From the IMG/VR virus record IMGVR_UViG_3300022562_002256, positions 134,046 to 198,045 of that record: a DNA stretch of 64,000 bases. One strand, written 5' to 3'. Made by a program: the position numbers and the translations under genes. Positions 53,961 through 63,680 of this stretch are shown here, piece by piece; position 1 is the first letter of the stretch, and each line of letters opens with the position of its first letter. The notes beneath the pieces were generated by a model. It saw nothing but the letters and a program-made list of their open reading frames with translations. It was not told the DNA's origin and searched no databases. The DNA is from a virus.

Positions 53961-54665
53961 ATGCAACCTCTTCTCTCCAAGTCCACGCTGATGGTGGTCG
54001 CGAACCCGTTTGCCGCGGCGCTCGACGCCGCTGGGCAGCCGTGTGGGTTCGTGCAGTACGACCCGGAGCACGCAGGCGGGACGGGCCCTCAGCGGGTGCG
54101 GTACATCGGCTGCCGGCTCAACCGCAAGCAAACTGAGCGCAGCGAGGTGTCGCCCGCGCGAGCGGCGAAGGACTGGCGCATCTATCCGCGTGTGGAGACC
54201 AAGGTCGTCTACAACCTCGAGCCGACGCCGATCGCTCACAGCGCCTATCACGTCAAGCTCGTGCGAGCGGGCGCGCTGTTCGCGGCGGACGAGGCGACGG
54301 CGCGGCTGTGTGGTGCAGTCGGCCCGAAGACGCCGTTCCGTGCGCCGACGGTGCGCCTTGAGGAAGCGGCGACCGAACGGATCCACGAGTGGTGTGATGC
54401 AAACCCGGGCGCGACGGTCGACCCGGGCTCGTGGAAAGCGGTTGGGGTCGTGCTGGCCCCCAGAGCGCCCGTTGCGGCGTCGACGATTGAAGAGCGGCTG
54501 GCGGCCCGTGCGGCTGGCGCAAAGCTCGCTGAAAGCGACGGTGTGGCCAAGACACCCGTTCCAGGGCCCGTGCTCACGGCGAGTGGCGGCGATGCCGTAC
54601 CCCCGCCGATCGGGCCACCGGAGAGCACGGGTGGTAACGAAGCGACGGCTGGAGGTGCACCGTGA
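53961..54665 (+). CDS. hypothetical tail-region protein
   Basis: GTGA-coupled to sheath gene. Confidence 0.65.
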   Translation: MQPLLSKSTLMVVANPFAAALDAAGQPCGFVQYDPEHAGGTGPQRVRYIGCRLNRKQTERSEVSPARAAKDWRIYPRVETKVVYNLEPTPIAHSAYHVKLVRAGALFAADEATARLCGAVGPKTPFRAPTVRLEEAATERIHEWCDANPGATVDPGSWKAVGVVLAPRAPVAASTIEERLAARAAGAKLAESDGVAKTPVPGPVLTASGGDAVPPPIGPPESTGGNEATAGGAP

Positions 54666-56173
54666 CCACGGGGTTCATCGACTCGCTCAGCGATACGGAC
54701 AAGGACCCCCGGTTCGTCGGGCAGACGCTCTTCGGGCAGGGCAAGGTCGCGACCGGCCCGCTGAAGCTCTTGCTCCACGGCGACGCCGGCACCGGCGGCA
54801 CGCTGACGCCCGACACCGACATCAAACGTTGCCTAAACGACAGTGAGGCGGCGGTGCTCACGCAGGTGGGGAGCGAACTCTACCTGATGGCGATCGGTGC
54901 GCTCCAGATCCCGAACATCGAGCTCTACCTCGGAACGTCCGTGCTGGCGGCGTCCACGGCCGCGGAGGCGACGATCACCATTGCCGGCGCGTGGACGACC
55001 CCCGGTGACTGGCGCTATCGGATCGGGGGGGTAGAGATCACCGGCGGCATCGCCGCGACGGATACCCCGACCACCGTTGCGACGGCGATCACGGACTACA
55101 TCCTGGCTCACCCCGAGCTCGGCGTGACGGCGACGTCGCTCGCTGGGGTGGTGACGCCGCGAGTGATCAGCGAAGGCGCGCGGGGCAATGACTGGACTCT
55201 GGTGCAGGACGTCACGGGCCTTCCGGCGGGCGCGACCAGCGTGATCGCCGGCGGTGCGAGCATCACCAACGGTGGCGTGCGATTCACGGGCGGCTCCGGG
55301 ACCGAGGACGTCACCAACTTCCTCGCGGTGGAGTTCGACGGGCGATTCGAGCGGGTGTGCACGGCGGTGCGCGACTCGACCAATGCTGGCAAGTGGGAGG
55401 TCAATCTCGACTCGAAGGCGCTCCCCGACGAGGGGCGTATGGAGCACGCCGTGCTCGGGTTCAACTCGTCGCTGCTTGCCACGGTGGCGGCGGTGGCGCA
55501 GACCACACTGAACAACCCCCGGATGCAGGTGCTGTGGCACTTGAACGGGGAGACCCCGCCCCCCGTGGTCGCGGCGACGTTTGCGGCACAACGGTCGGCG
55601 GTCGAAAACACCACACCCAACGTCAACTGGGACGATGAGGTAATCCCCGGCGCGCGGGGCACAACGGACGCGGACGCGGACATTCCGAGCCACTCCGACC
55701 GGGTGGCCGCGCTCGATGCGGGGGTGACGCCGATCACAACGATCAACGGGCAAGCCGCGATCGTGCGGTCGATCACCACGCGGTCGCTCACGAGCGGCGG
55801 CGACGCTGACAACCGCACGGTGGACACGTCGGACTCGTGGGTGCCGGACTGGGTGCGCGATCAACTCCGCATCTACTGGACCACGGATTTCAAGATCGCG
55901 AACCCGTTCGTGCGTGACAACTTCGCGCCCGAGGAGACCCCGCCTCGGCGCGGGGGGTTCGCGACGCCGAAGCTCTGGCAGCAGAACGCTCAGCGGCTCA
56001 TGCTGGTGTGGCAAGACGACCTGATCGTCACCAAGGTCGAGACCAACCCCGTGGTGGCGCAGTTCAACGCGGTGGCGAAGCGGATCGTCTCGCGCGTGCC
56101 GGTCATCGTGTTGCCGAAGCAGCACCAGATCGAGGTTTCGGTCGAGCAAGTCCCGTATGAATCCGCGGCGTGA
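54662..56173 (+). CDS. contractile tail sheath protein (Mu gpL-like)
   Basis: FG.GS-like start, A.ATITIAG..T..G.....IGG, DSTN...W, N.PR.Q, L.AGVTP, IVRSITT; 503 aa preceding tube. Confidence 0.88.
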   Translation: MTTGFIDSLSDTDKDPRFVGQTLFGQGKVATGPLKLLLHGDAGTGGTLTPDTDIKRCLNDSEAAVLTQVGSELYLMAIGALQIPNIELYLGTSVLAASTAAEATITIAGAWTTPGDWRYRIGGVEITGGIAATDTPTTVATAITDYILAHPELGVTATSLAGVVTPRVISEGARGNDWTLVQDVTGLPAGATSVIAGGASITNGGVRFTGGSGTEDVTNFLAVEFDGRFERVCTAVRDSTNAGKWEVNLDSKALPDEGRMEHAVLGFNSSLLATVAAVAQTTLNNPRMQVLWHLNGETPPPVVAATFAAQRSAVENTTPNVNWDDEVIPGARGTTDADADIPSHSDRVAALDAGVTPITTINGQAAIVRSITTRSLTSGGDADNRTVDTSDSWVPDWVRDQLRIYWTTDFKIANPFVRDNFAPEETPPRRGGFATPKLWQQNAQRLMLVWQDDLIVTKVETNPVVAQFNAVAKRIVSRVPVIVLPKQHQIEVSVEQVPYESAA

Positions 56174-56203
56174 CCCGGGCGAGGAAGGCAAAGGAACACC
56201 ACT

Positions 56204-56572
56204 ATGGCCACTGTTGTAGCGCCTGAAGTGTACATTGGCAGCCGGTACGTCGGGTTGATGGAGGAGACCAGCCTCTCGTTCATGTCGAACGGGGAGCAGC
56301 TCATTGCGGCAGAGGCAGTGATCGAGTCGACCGGGGTGGTGACGACGGAGGGGGAGATCAAGTCGATCATCACGCAAGAGGGGCCGGAGTTGGACCTCGT
56401 TCAACTCACGATCGACCAGACGACCATCACGCTGTCGTACGTGACGAACGGGCGGGCGTACATGGTCGACGGCAAGGTCAACAAGGCCGCCATCACGGGC
56501 AACGTGAAGACCGGCGCCACAAAGGGGACGCACACGTTCCGCGGTGGCAAGCCCCGCGTGATCATCGTGTGA
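56204..56572 (+). CDS. tail tube protein
   Basis: 122 aa directly after sheath; beta-strand pattern, TF.G near C-terminus. Confidence 0.75.
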   Translation: MATVVAPEVYIGSRYVGLMEETSLSFMSNGEQLIAAEAVIESTGVVTTEGEIKSIITQEGPELDLVQLTIDQTTITLSYVTNGRAYMVDGKVNKAAITGNVKTGATKGTHTFRGGKPRVIIV

Positions 56573-56624
56573 TGCCCGGCGGTGCCGCAGGCCAGTTGAC
56601 AATCCACGGCGCCGCCACATATTG

Positions 56625-56830
56625 ATGGCAGAACATCCGCCACCGCTTTCGCAGGCGCGAAGTAGGCCCTGCCGCAAAAGGGTCGAGAACGGCGGATACC
56701 ACAAGAGAGCCGGAACCCTCGATGCGGCGGGAGAGAACGGTAAGAGTTGCCTACTACGGTGGGGTGACCCGGTCGGGTGGAAAGCCAGGCAATGAAGGGC
56801 CCGGACATGCTTCCGGGCCCTTTCGCTTTT
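56625..56830 (+). ncRNA. candidate structured non-coding RNA (alternatively a 56-aa ORF)
   Basis: TTGACA at 56597, nested stems (AUCCGCC/GGCGGAU enclosing UUCGC/GCGAA and GGCCCU/AGGGUC), ending at a strong terminator. Confidence 0.35.
56795..56830 (+). terminator. intrinsic terminator
   Basis: AAGGGCCCGGA-CATGCT-TCCGGGCCCTT followed by TCGCTTTTG. Confidence 0.75.
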
Positions 56831-56853
56831 GTGCTGCCCTCGAGCGGCTCACA

Positions 56854-56880
56854 CCAAGGGTGACGCAGCGTCACCCTTGG
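56854..56880. repeat. perfect 13-bp-arm palindrome
   Basis: CCAAGGGTGACGC-A-GCGTCACCCTTGG. Confidence 0.8.
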
Positions 56881-56890
56881 TCCCCCGCGA

Positions 56891-56959
56891 ACCACGCCGA
56901 TGGGATGGCGGATTCCCAGGCTGAGACCCGTCCGTGGGCAATTCGGCACCACCAACGGA
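56891..56959 (+). repeat. 69-bp RNA-like element, copy 2
   Basis: see 38787-38855. Confidence 0.85.
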
Positions 56960-57055
56960 TGACGGCCTTGTCGACGTCCTCCGTGTCAGCCGGTGTTGAG
57001 CCGATGTGAGAAGGTGGTTGCGCCGGCGAGCGCTGCTCGCCGGGAAGGACGAACC

Positions 57056-57427
57056 GTGAAGACGTTGAAGGACATCACTGATGAAATGATCATCGATGCC
57101 GTGGCCAGCTTCGGGTTTCGAGGCGTCCCCTCGAAACAGGAGTTTGCCGGGGACATCGGTTCGGGGCTTGCCGACCTCGCCCGTCGACTTCAACTTGTAC
57201 CCACGGATGTGTCGCTGTGGGAGCACGACGGCGGTGACGCGATCGCAGGGGCTTTGTATGAGCGTATGCGTCATCTGCCCGCTAAGATCATCACGGACTC
57301 CACGGGTTGGCTATTGACGCCCGAGGCGTGGGCACGTCGACTCGTCGGGCTCGACATGATCCAGATCGCCACCGCGCTTCGCGGGCTCGGAGAGGCTGCC
57401 CAACCATCGGGGGCGGCCCACGGTTGA
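57056..57427 (+). CDS. hypothetical protein
   Basis: AAGGA RBS + GTG, preceded by hairpin 57023-57043. Confidence 0.6.
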   Translation: MKTLKDITDEMIIDAVASFGFRGVPSKQEFAGDIGSGLADLARRLQLVPTDVSLWEHDGGDAIAGALYERMRHLPAKIITDSTGWLLTPEAWARRLVGLDMIQIATALRGLGEAAQPSGAAHG

Positions 57428-57496
57428 CAGGCAGTGACAGAACGTGGTACAGCCATCGTCGAGGGTGGGCGCGGTGATCGCCCGAAGGAGTGAACC

Positions 57497-57628
57497 ATGG
57501 CCACGGGAAGCGACGACGCGGTAATGGCGGAAAAAGGGCGCGGCATCCAGCGGGCGCTCGACGAGGGACGGCCGCGCGAGCGCTGCGGCGTGGTGGCGCC
57601 GGGCATCGACCCGGCGCTGCGCTTTTAG
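57497..57628 (+). CDS. 43-aa small protein
   Basis: AAGGAG RBS; downstream of TTGACA-N18-TACAGC at 57424. Confidence 0.4.
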   Translation: MATGSDDAVMAEKGRGIQRALDEGRPRERCGVVAPGIDPALRF

Positions 57629-57640
57629 GACCGACGAGCC

Positions 57641-58354
57641 ATGGCCAAATTCCGTGACGTTGCGGCCGGGGCGCAAGCCCGTAAGCTGTTTGACTTCCCG
57701 CTTCCCAGCGGGACCACCGTACCGGTCGCGCTCGTGCCGCTGTTCGGCGAGAGCGAGGCCGAAGTGTTTCGGGACGCGCGGCTGTTCGCGATCGAACGTG
57801 GGCTACCGGACCCCAAGAAGGGCGACGAGCTCTACGAGCTGGGGCTGTGGGTTGCGACCATCGTGCGCGGCGTGGTGGACCCCGACTCGCCCCAAGACGC
57901 GCCGGTCCCGTTCTTCGACAGCGTGGCGCAGATCATGGACCCGCGCAAAGGGCTTGGCCGGGAGTGGATCGCCTTGCTCTTCGAGGCTCAGCAGGCGTGG
58001 CAGGATGAGATATCGCCGCGCCCGAAGGCCATGGGCGCCGTCGAGTATTTCCAGGCCATCGCCGAGATAGTGGAGGCGCCGCCGCATGCGGAGATCCCTT
58101 TCTTCAGATGGCGGCGCGGCTTGCAGGCCAGTTTTCTACGCACGCTTTGCGCGACGTTCTACGAAGTACACCTGGGCAGGTCTACACCTGGTGCGCCCTC
58201 ACTGGGGACATTCCTAAACTTTACGAGCTCTGTGTCGACCATGACCGACGACGCGAAGAAGCCGAACGCAAGCGAGCCGAAGCCCGAGGAGCCGGAACCC
58301 CCGGGTGACGACTCGGCGCCAGCGGGCGACGCTCAGCCGGAGCGCCTCGCGTGA
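57641..58354 (+). CDS. probable tail assembly chaperone 1
   Basis: between tube and tape measure; D.DSP....PFF.S...I, L.E.Q..WQDEISP. Confidence 0.6.
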   Translation: MAKFRDVAAGAQARKLFDFPLPSGTTVPVALVPLFGESEAEVFRDARLFAIERGLPDPKKGDELYELGLWVATIVRGVVDPDSPQDAPVPFFDSVAQIMDPRKGLGREWIALLFEAQQAWQDEISPRPKAMGAVEYFQAIAEIVEAPPHAEIPFFRWRRGLQASFLRTLCATFYEVHLGRSTPGAPSLGTFLNFTSSVSTMTDDAKKPNASEPKPEEPEPPGDDSAPAGDAQPERLA

Positions 58355-58932
58355 CCACCTACAGCGGCGCGCAAACGGGGCAAGGGGCCACTAAGCCGCT
58401 CCGGACGATGCACCTGCCGCCGTCTGCCTTCAAAGACGCCGTACGACCGCCCGAGCCCCGCCTAGTGGGGCTTCGGCTGCCGAGCGAGGGCGACCTCCAA
58501 ACGGTGCGCTGTGAGGCGGTACGCAAGCTGGCTACGAGCCTCAAGGGTGTTCCAACGTCAGACGACGTGTGGATCGAGGCGTACAACCAAGAGGTCATGC
58601 TCCTGACGATCTCGGCCGTGCTGTGCCACCCCGACGACAGCACCCGCGATTACTGGGAAAACGCTCAGCGAACGGTCGTGCGCAACTCCCTCACCCAAGG
58701 GGGCTGCGAACTTCTGTGGGACGAGTTGGAGTTGCTCAAGCTCAAGACCGCCCCGACCGCACCACAGGCGAGCGACGACGACATCGATGCGCTGTGCACG
58801 CGTCTTGCTGACCCCGACTTCGCATCCCACCTCCCCCCCGGCGACACCCGCGCTCTGCGGCGCATCCTTCGCCACTGCCTCGACATCCTCGAGGCATACG
58901 ATTCCCCCCCCGAAACCCCTATCGACGAGTGA
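58351..58932 (+). CDS. probable tail assembly chaperone 2
   Basis: GTGA coupling; VGLRLPSE.D, LC.PDD....YW, LWDELE resemble chaperone 1 architecture. Confidence 0.55.
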   Translation: MTTYSGAQTGQGATKPLRTMHLPPSAFKDAVRPPEPRLVGLRLPSEGDLQTVRCEAVRKLATSLKGVPTSDDVWIEAYNQEVMLLTISAVLCHPDDSTRDYWENAQRTVVRNSLTQGGCELLWDELELLKLKTAPTAPQASDDDIDALCTRLADPDFASHLPPGDTRALRRILRHCLDILEAYDSPPETPIDE

Positions 58933-58941
58933 GGACCGCGC

Positions 58942-59289
58942 ATGTCATTCGAGGCCGAGTTGCGAACCTTGGCCGCGGACATGCAGGCCGAGTTCAACAC
59001 CGAACTCCGCCGGGCGACGGAGCGTGCGCTGGCCGAGGGGGTGAGCGTCGCACGTGGGACACATCGATATCGAGATCGCACAGGCGAGTTGTCGCAGTCG
59101 ATCCGGGGCTATGTGGTCGAGGCAGCGGACGGCTCGGTCGATGCCGTGCTTGAAGCGACGGCACCATACGCCGAGTTTGTGAACGCGAAGGACGGATTCA
59201 TGGAGCGCGCAGAGGCGGCGGTGGCGCGCACGTTGGAGCAACAGATCGCAGCAGCGGCCACGCGGCTGAGCGCTAAGTTTTCGAGGTAG
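58942..59289 (+). CDS. tail component, HK97 gp10 / Mu gpG-like
   Basis: RTGELSQSI and APYAEFV...FM.RA motifs. Confidence 0.65.
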   Translation: MSFEAELRTLAADMQAEFNTELRRATERALAEGVSVARGTHRYRDRTGELSQSIRGYVVEAADGSVDAVLEATAPYAEFVNAKDGFMERAEAAVARTLEQQIAAAATRLSAKFSR

Positions 59290-59291
59290 TC

Positions 59292-61811
59292 ATGGCGGTA
59301 CGGATTCCGGTCGGTGTCGCGGCAGACCGTTCCTTGTCGACGGTGTTTGAGCCGCTGATCGCCGCGTCGGCGAGGGCGCAAGCCCAACTCCGTTCCGACG
59401 CCGAGGCCACCGCCGCCTTTCAGGACAAGTCCTACGCCCGCGCTGTGGCCGCTGCCGAGAACGCCGCCGACGCCGCCGTGGCCGCCGCCGAGCGCGTCTC
59501 CACCACGCGACAACGTGCGGCCGAGTTGGCCGCAGCCGGCGATGCAAGGGCGGCTGCAAAGGCCAGCGCCGCGGTTGATAAGGCGGCCGTAGCGGCGGAA
59601 AAGGCTGCGGCCAAGTCGACGGCGGCCCGAGTGCGGTTGGCCGCGATGGCGCTCTCCGTGGAGGCAAAGGCCACCGCCCAAATGGAAGCGGTGTTCTCCA
59701 AGACGTACGACAAGGGCGTTGCGGAAGCGGAAAAGGCAGCACGAAAGACCGCCGACGCCGCCGAAAAGGCAGCGAAGAAGGAGATCCAGGCCGCCGAAAA
59801 AGCGTCCGCTGCCAAGATAAAGGCGGACGAGCGGGCGTCCGCTGCGGCGATCAAACTCCTTGACCGTCGTCTTGCGGCGGAAGCGCGGGCGGAAGCTGCC
59901 GAACAGCGCCGCGCTCAGCGGCACGTGACCCGAGTGCGCGAGCGGTACTTTGTCGAGCAGCAGCGAGAGGGAGAGCGCACCGACCGCGAGCGGACATCCC
60001 GGATGATGGGTGTCGGCCGCGAGGCGGCGCAGACATTCGCCGGAGTCGCCCGGCGGGGCATGCAAGTAGGCGGGGAGATCCTCAGAGGGACGGGGGTCTC
60101 GTTCGACATCGGCGCTGCCATAGCGCGACGAGGGCAACTCGAGTCGGCAGCCGTGGCCATTTCCAACGCCGCCTACAAGGAGGGCGGCGAGAGGATGGAC
60201 CCGAAGCGGCTGGTCCAACTCGCGCGTGAGCAGGGGCAAAAGTACTCGCTCGACCCGTCGACGGTGCTCGGCGGCCTTGCGGCCTACCAAGAGAAGACGG
60301 GTGACCTGCCCACGGCGATGGCGGGGCTCGAGGGCCTCACACGGTTGGCGAAGGCCACGAACACATCGCTCGATGATATGATCTCCGCGGCTGGCGACGT
60401 CGGCACCGCGCTCGGCGATGTCGGCCAGCAATTCAAGACTCCGGAAGATAAGGCGAGAGCGATCGAGCGCGTGATGCGTGGCATCGCCGCGCAGGGTCAA
60501 GAGGGCGCGGTCGAGATCAAGGCGCTATCGGTGCAGATGGCAAAACTGGCGGCAGCGAGCGGATTCTTCACAGGCGACCGCGAGGAGAACCTGCGCAAGA
60601 TGGGCGCGCTGGTTCAGCTATCCAGGCAGGCTGGTGGTGCGTCGAGCTCGATTCAGGCCGCCACGTCAATCGCGGCCTTCGTGAACACCCTTCGCACGCC
60701 CGCTCGGCGTGCGAAATTTGCCGAGGCCGGAGTAGATTTGGAAGACAAGGCGACGGGGATGCTCAAGGACCCGTTCGAGATCATCCGCGAGTCGCTGAGG
60801 AAAACGGGTGGCGACACAGACAAGATGAAGAAGTTGTTCGCCAACGTGCTGGGCGACAAGCCGGTTACGGCGCTGGCGATTGCCTACAAGCAGGCTGGCG
60901 GAGGCGAGGCCGGCATCGCTGAGGTCAACCGGCAGCTCGCGCGGTTCAGTGGTGTGATGACGTCATCGCAGATCCAGTCGAACATCGACCTCTCGGAGAA
61001 AACCACGGCGAGCCGAGCCCAAAAATTCCAGAACCAGCTCGACACCATCGCGGCGAGCCTCGCAGAGCGCGTTCTACCAGCGATGGAGAAGCTGGCCCCC
61101 AAGGCATTGGAGGTGGCTGACGCGTTGAGCAAGATGGTGAGCATCGCCGCCGAGAACCCGGGCAAGGCCATCGTGCTTGCCATTGTCGCAAGCATTGCGA
61201 AGGCGCAGATCGGTGCCAGCATCGCGAGCGCTATTCCCGGGCTGCTGAGCGGTGCCGGTGGCATGGCCGGTGCTGCGGCGGCCGGAAGTCTGGGGCTAGC
61301 CGGGAAGGCGGGCCTTGTGGGTTTGGCGGGAGCCGCTGGCTACGGCATCGGTTCGCTGCTGGCCCCCTATATTTTCGAGCCGATCTTCGGTGGCAAGGAG
61401 AAGGGGGCGGAGGAGGCGAGCGCGGCTGAGGCGCGCCGGCTCAACCTTCTTGGCAAGGCCGACGCAGAGAAGCGGCGGACGGGCAAGGTGTCGGCCGACA
61501 CGCTGGGGGAAATTGAGCGGATGCGGGCGGAGACCGAAGCGCGAGTCAAGGCGGCCGAAGCACCGACTTCGGTGCTGGGCGCCATGTTCTCCACAGAGAA
61601 GACCATCGGCCAGGCGGGTGCTGAGCAAGCGGATGCGGCGAATCTGAAGGGGCTGCGGGCCGACCTCGCGAGACTCATCGCGGTAACGGAGGCGAACAAG
61701 CCCCCCAAATCCGTCACCGTCGACAACATGCCGGCCGCAGGTGCTGGAGGCGCGGCGCCGGTGGCCGGCGCGGGCACGTCGAACACCAGCGCGCCGGTGG
61801 TGGCGCAGTAG
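59292..61811 (+). CDS. tape measure protein
   Basis: 839 aa Ala-rich helical; tape-measure core (G..YQEKTGDL, L.RLAKAT..SL.D, GAVEIK.L) and Gly/Ala TM-like region. Confidence 0.88.
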   Translation: MAVRIPVGVAADRSLSTVFEPLIAASARAQAQLRSDAEATAAFQDKSYARAVAAAENAADAAVAAAERVSTTRQRAAELAAAGDARAAAKASAAVDKAAVAAEKAAAKSTAARVRLAAMALSVEAKATAQMEAVFSKTYDKGVAEAEKAARKTADAAEKAAKKEIQAAEKASAAKIKADERASAAAIKLLDRRLAAEARAEAAEQRRAQRHVTRVRERYFVEQQREGERTDRERTSRMMGVGREAAQTFAGVARRGMQVGGEILRGTGVSFDIGAAIARRGQLESAAVAISNAAYKEGGERMDPKRLVQLAREQGQKYSLDPSTVLGGLAAYQEKTGDLPTAMAGLEGLTRLAKATNTSLDDMISAAGDVGTALGDVGQQFKTPEDKARAIERVMRGIAAQGQEGAVEIKALSVQMAKLAAASGFFTGDREENLRKMGALVQLSRQAGGASSSIQAATSIAAFVNTLRTPARRAKFAEAGVDLEDKATGMLKDPFEIIRESLRKTGGDTDKMKKLFANVLGDKPVTALAIAYKQAGGGEAGIAEVNRQLARFSGVMTSSQIQSNIDLSEKTTASRAQKFQNQLDTIAASLAERVLPAMEKLAPKALEVADALSKMVSIAAENPGKAIVLAIVASIAKAQIGASIASAIPGLLSGAGGMAGAAAAGSLGLAGKAGLVGLAGAAGYGIGSLLAPYIFEPIFGGKEKGAEEASAAEARRLNLLGKADAEKRRTGKVSADTLGEIERMRAETEARVKAAEAPTSVLGAMFSTEKTIGQAGAEQADAANLKGLRADLARLIAVTEANKPPKSVTVDNMPAAGAGGAAPVAGAGTSNTSAPVVAQ

Positions 61812-61815
61812 GCGA

Positions 61816-62432
61816 CTACGCGCCGTGGATGACGTCAGCAAGCGCTCGCACACGGGCGGCGTCGAGCACGCCGAAGGACGACTCATCCGCTCGATTTTCT
61901 CGACGGCTGGCGCTTGACCGGTCCCGTCACCGGATGTGGTCACGACGTCGACGCCGGCTATCGCCGCTCGCTTGGCCACCGTGCCTACGTGCTCCGGGGG
62001 GACGTGTGCCTGATACTTGAACGCCACGCCCCCGAAAAAGAGTCCCTGCCACGCGCTGTAGTCTCGGGTCATCCGGAGGCACGTCGCTGTGTCGTGTGCC
62101 GCATCCGCGCCAGCATCGGTGCCTGCGTTGTCGACCCACACGCCCCGAGCCCCGCATGCCGCTGCGCCCCCGATCGCTGTGGGGATGGAGTGGCCGAGCA
62201 GGTTGATGCCGATGAAAGTGTTGGCGCAGCCGGAGTGGTCGAGCACGGTGGCCAAGGAGCACACCTCGCCAGCCCGCATGCCGCCCTGGTTAATGAGGAA
62301 CACCCCGTCGGCGCCGTTGGCGAGCGCCGTGTCGACCGCTTGACGAGCTTGCACAGCGTCGATGCAGTGAACCACGGGGAGGAACACACGGGGCCGCCCA
62401 AAGACTTCGAGGATGCGGTTGGTGGCGTTCAC
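61816..62432 (-). pseudogene. btpA: BtpA/SgcQ-family TIM-barrel gene with internal deletion and frameshift
   Basis: LPVVH, A...GADGVFLINQG, IGINLL, G.W.DNAG, L.FGGVAFKYQ, VDVVTTSG.GTG.A....KI..M then jumps in another frame to ESSFGVLDAARVRALADVIHGA*; the ASG...LVAT segment is missing. Confidence 0.7.
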
Positions 62433-62500
62433 GGGTGGCAGCGTAAGGCGTCGCGCCCACGGACGCAAGGCACTCGGCGACGTGCTAAACACGGTGAACC

Positions 62501-63415
62501 ATGACTGGGATAGCCGACAGCTTCAAGACAGCCTCGTTTAATGGGATCGAGTTCCCTTACACCGACCGCTCGATCAAAGGCTCCGGGCGGCACCACGTGC
62601 ACGAGTACCCGCATGCCCCCGGCGGCGACGACGAGCCTCTCGGCCGCAAGCTGTACGAGTTCGGCTTCACGTGCGACTTTGACACGGGGTTCTCGGACCG
62701 ATTCCCCAACCTCTACCCCAATACGCTGATCTTGCTGTTTGCCACGTTCGACACACAGATCGCGGCGCCGCTCGTGCTCCCCGGGTTCGCCACGTATACG
62801 GCGCGTGCGATAGACTGGGACACGCGGCTCAGCGCACGAATCCGGTCGGGTGAGAAGGTGTCGTTTAAGTTCATTGAGGTGCTGGACGAGATCCTAGCGG
62901 TGCAGATTTTCACCACGCCGCCGGCGGCGATCCCGGACCTCACAACGGCGCTCCAGACCAAGGTCACCGCGCTCGCGGCAGCGCCGCTGGGGAGCCTGCC
63001 GTCCAATGCTGTGCCGGACCCGGCAGATCTCGACAACATCCTGAGCATCTCCGCGGCGCTGTCGGCGCTGCCTACCGGGTCGCCGCAGGTGCCGCCGCAG
63101 GCATCGGCGCTTGTGGCGGCATGCCAAGCGTACGACACGCTCACATTCGCGCGGTACGCCCGGTCGTACGACGTGATGGAGGCAAACCACGAGCTCGCGC
63201 TGGCGGCGATACGGCTGCGGCGTGACTCGCTGCTCCGGTCTCGCCCGCTGCTGACGTTCGTGGTGGACATGCCGTCGATGAGCGCGGCGGACATCGCGAT
63301 CCGACTGTATGGGTCGACCGAGAACACCAAGGAGTTGATGTCTCTCAATGGGTTTGCGGACGCGCTCGCCATCCCCAGCGGCACGCGAGTGCAATACTAC
63401 GGGGCGGTGACCTAA
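62501..63415 (+). CDS. DNA circularisation N-terminal domain protein (Mu N-like) with C-terminal LysM-like domain
   Basis: ASFNGIEF...S..G..RH.VHEYP...G...E.LGRK; S...IA.RLYG....EL..LNG. Confidence 0.85.
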   Translation: MTGIADSFKTASFNGIEFPYTDRSIKGSGRHHVHEYPHAPGGDDEPLGRKLYEFGFTCDFDTGFSDRFPNLYPNTLILLFATFDTQIAAPLVLPGFATYTARAIDWDTRLSARIRSGEKVSFKFIEVLDEILAVQIFTTPPAAIPDLTTALQTKVTALAAAPLGSLPSNAVPDPADLDNILSISAALSALPTGSPQVPPQASALVAACQAYDTLTFARYARSYDVMEANHELALAAIRLRRDSLLRSRPLLTFVVDMPSMSAADIAIRLYGSTENTKELMSLNGFADALAIPSGTRVQYYGAVT

Positions 63416-63534
63416 CGGTTGCTCTGCCGCGACCCGGACGGGTCTTGGGTCGCATACGACGACGCTCCTCCGACGGTGGTCGAGGCCGGAAGGGGCGATG
63501 TGGCACAAGCGCAACCCGCTGTGAGAAGCCGCCG

Positions 63535-63562
63535 TTGACGCCACGTGCTCGCGCCTTATGCT
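63535..63562 (+). promoter_or_regulatory. sigma70-type promoter
   Basis: TTGACG-N16-TATGCT. Confidence 0.55.
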
Positions 63563-63680
63563 GTGAGCCACAAGCGCGGGCAATAGGCGCTGCCATCGAG
63601 TCGGCACAGGTGGACGGACCCGCGGGCGCATCGGCCGATGACAGCCGGGAAAGACCGGTATCTAGCCCCGGAGGTCAGCA

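Noticed and set aside
54833-56704. 623-aa minus-strand ORF, and similar ORFs at 59109-60500, 45214-46653, 47498-48973 and 34959-36275
   Set aside because: Antisense shadows of well-supported genes in high-GC DNA; Arg/His-rich with no motifs.
58200-58360. Programmed -1 frameshift between tail chaperones
   Set aside because: No clear X XXY YYZ slippery heptamer seen; the genes are joined by ordinary GTGA coupling.
61296-61815. C-terminal half of the 398-aa BtpA ORF
   Set aside because: Out-of-frame run-on antisense to the tape measure gene after the deletion junction.
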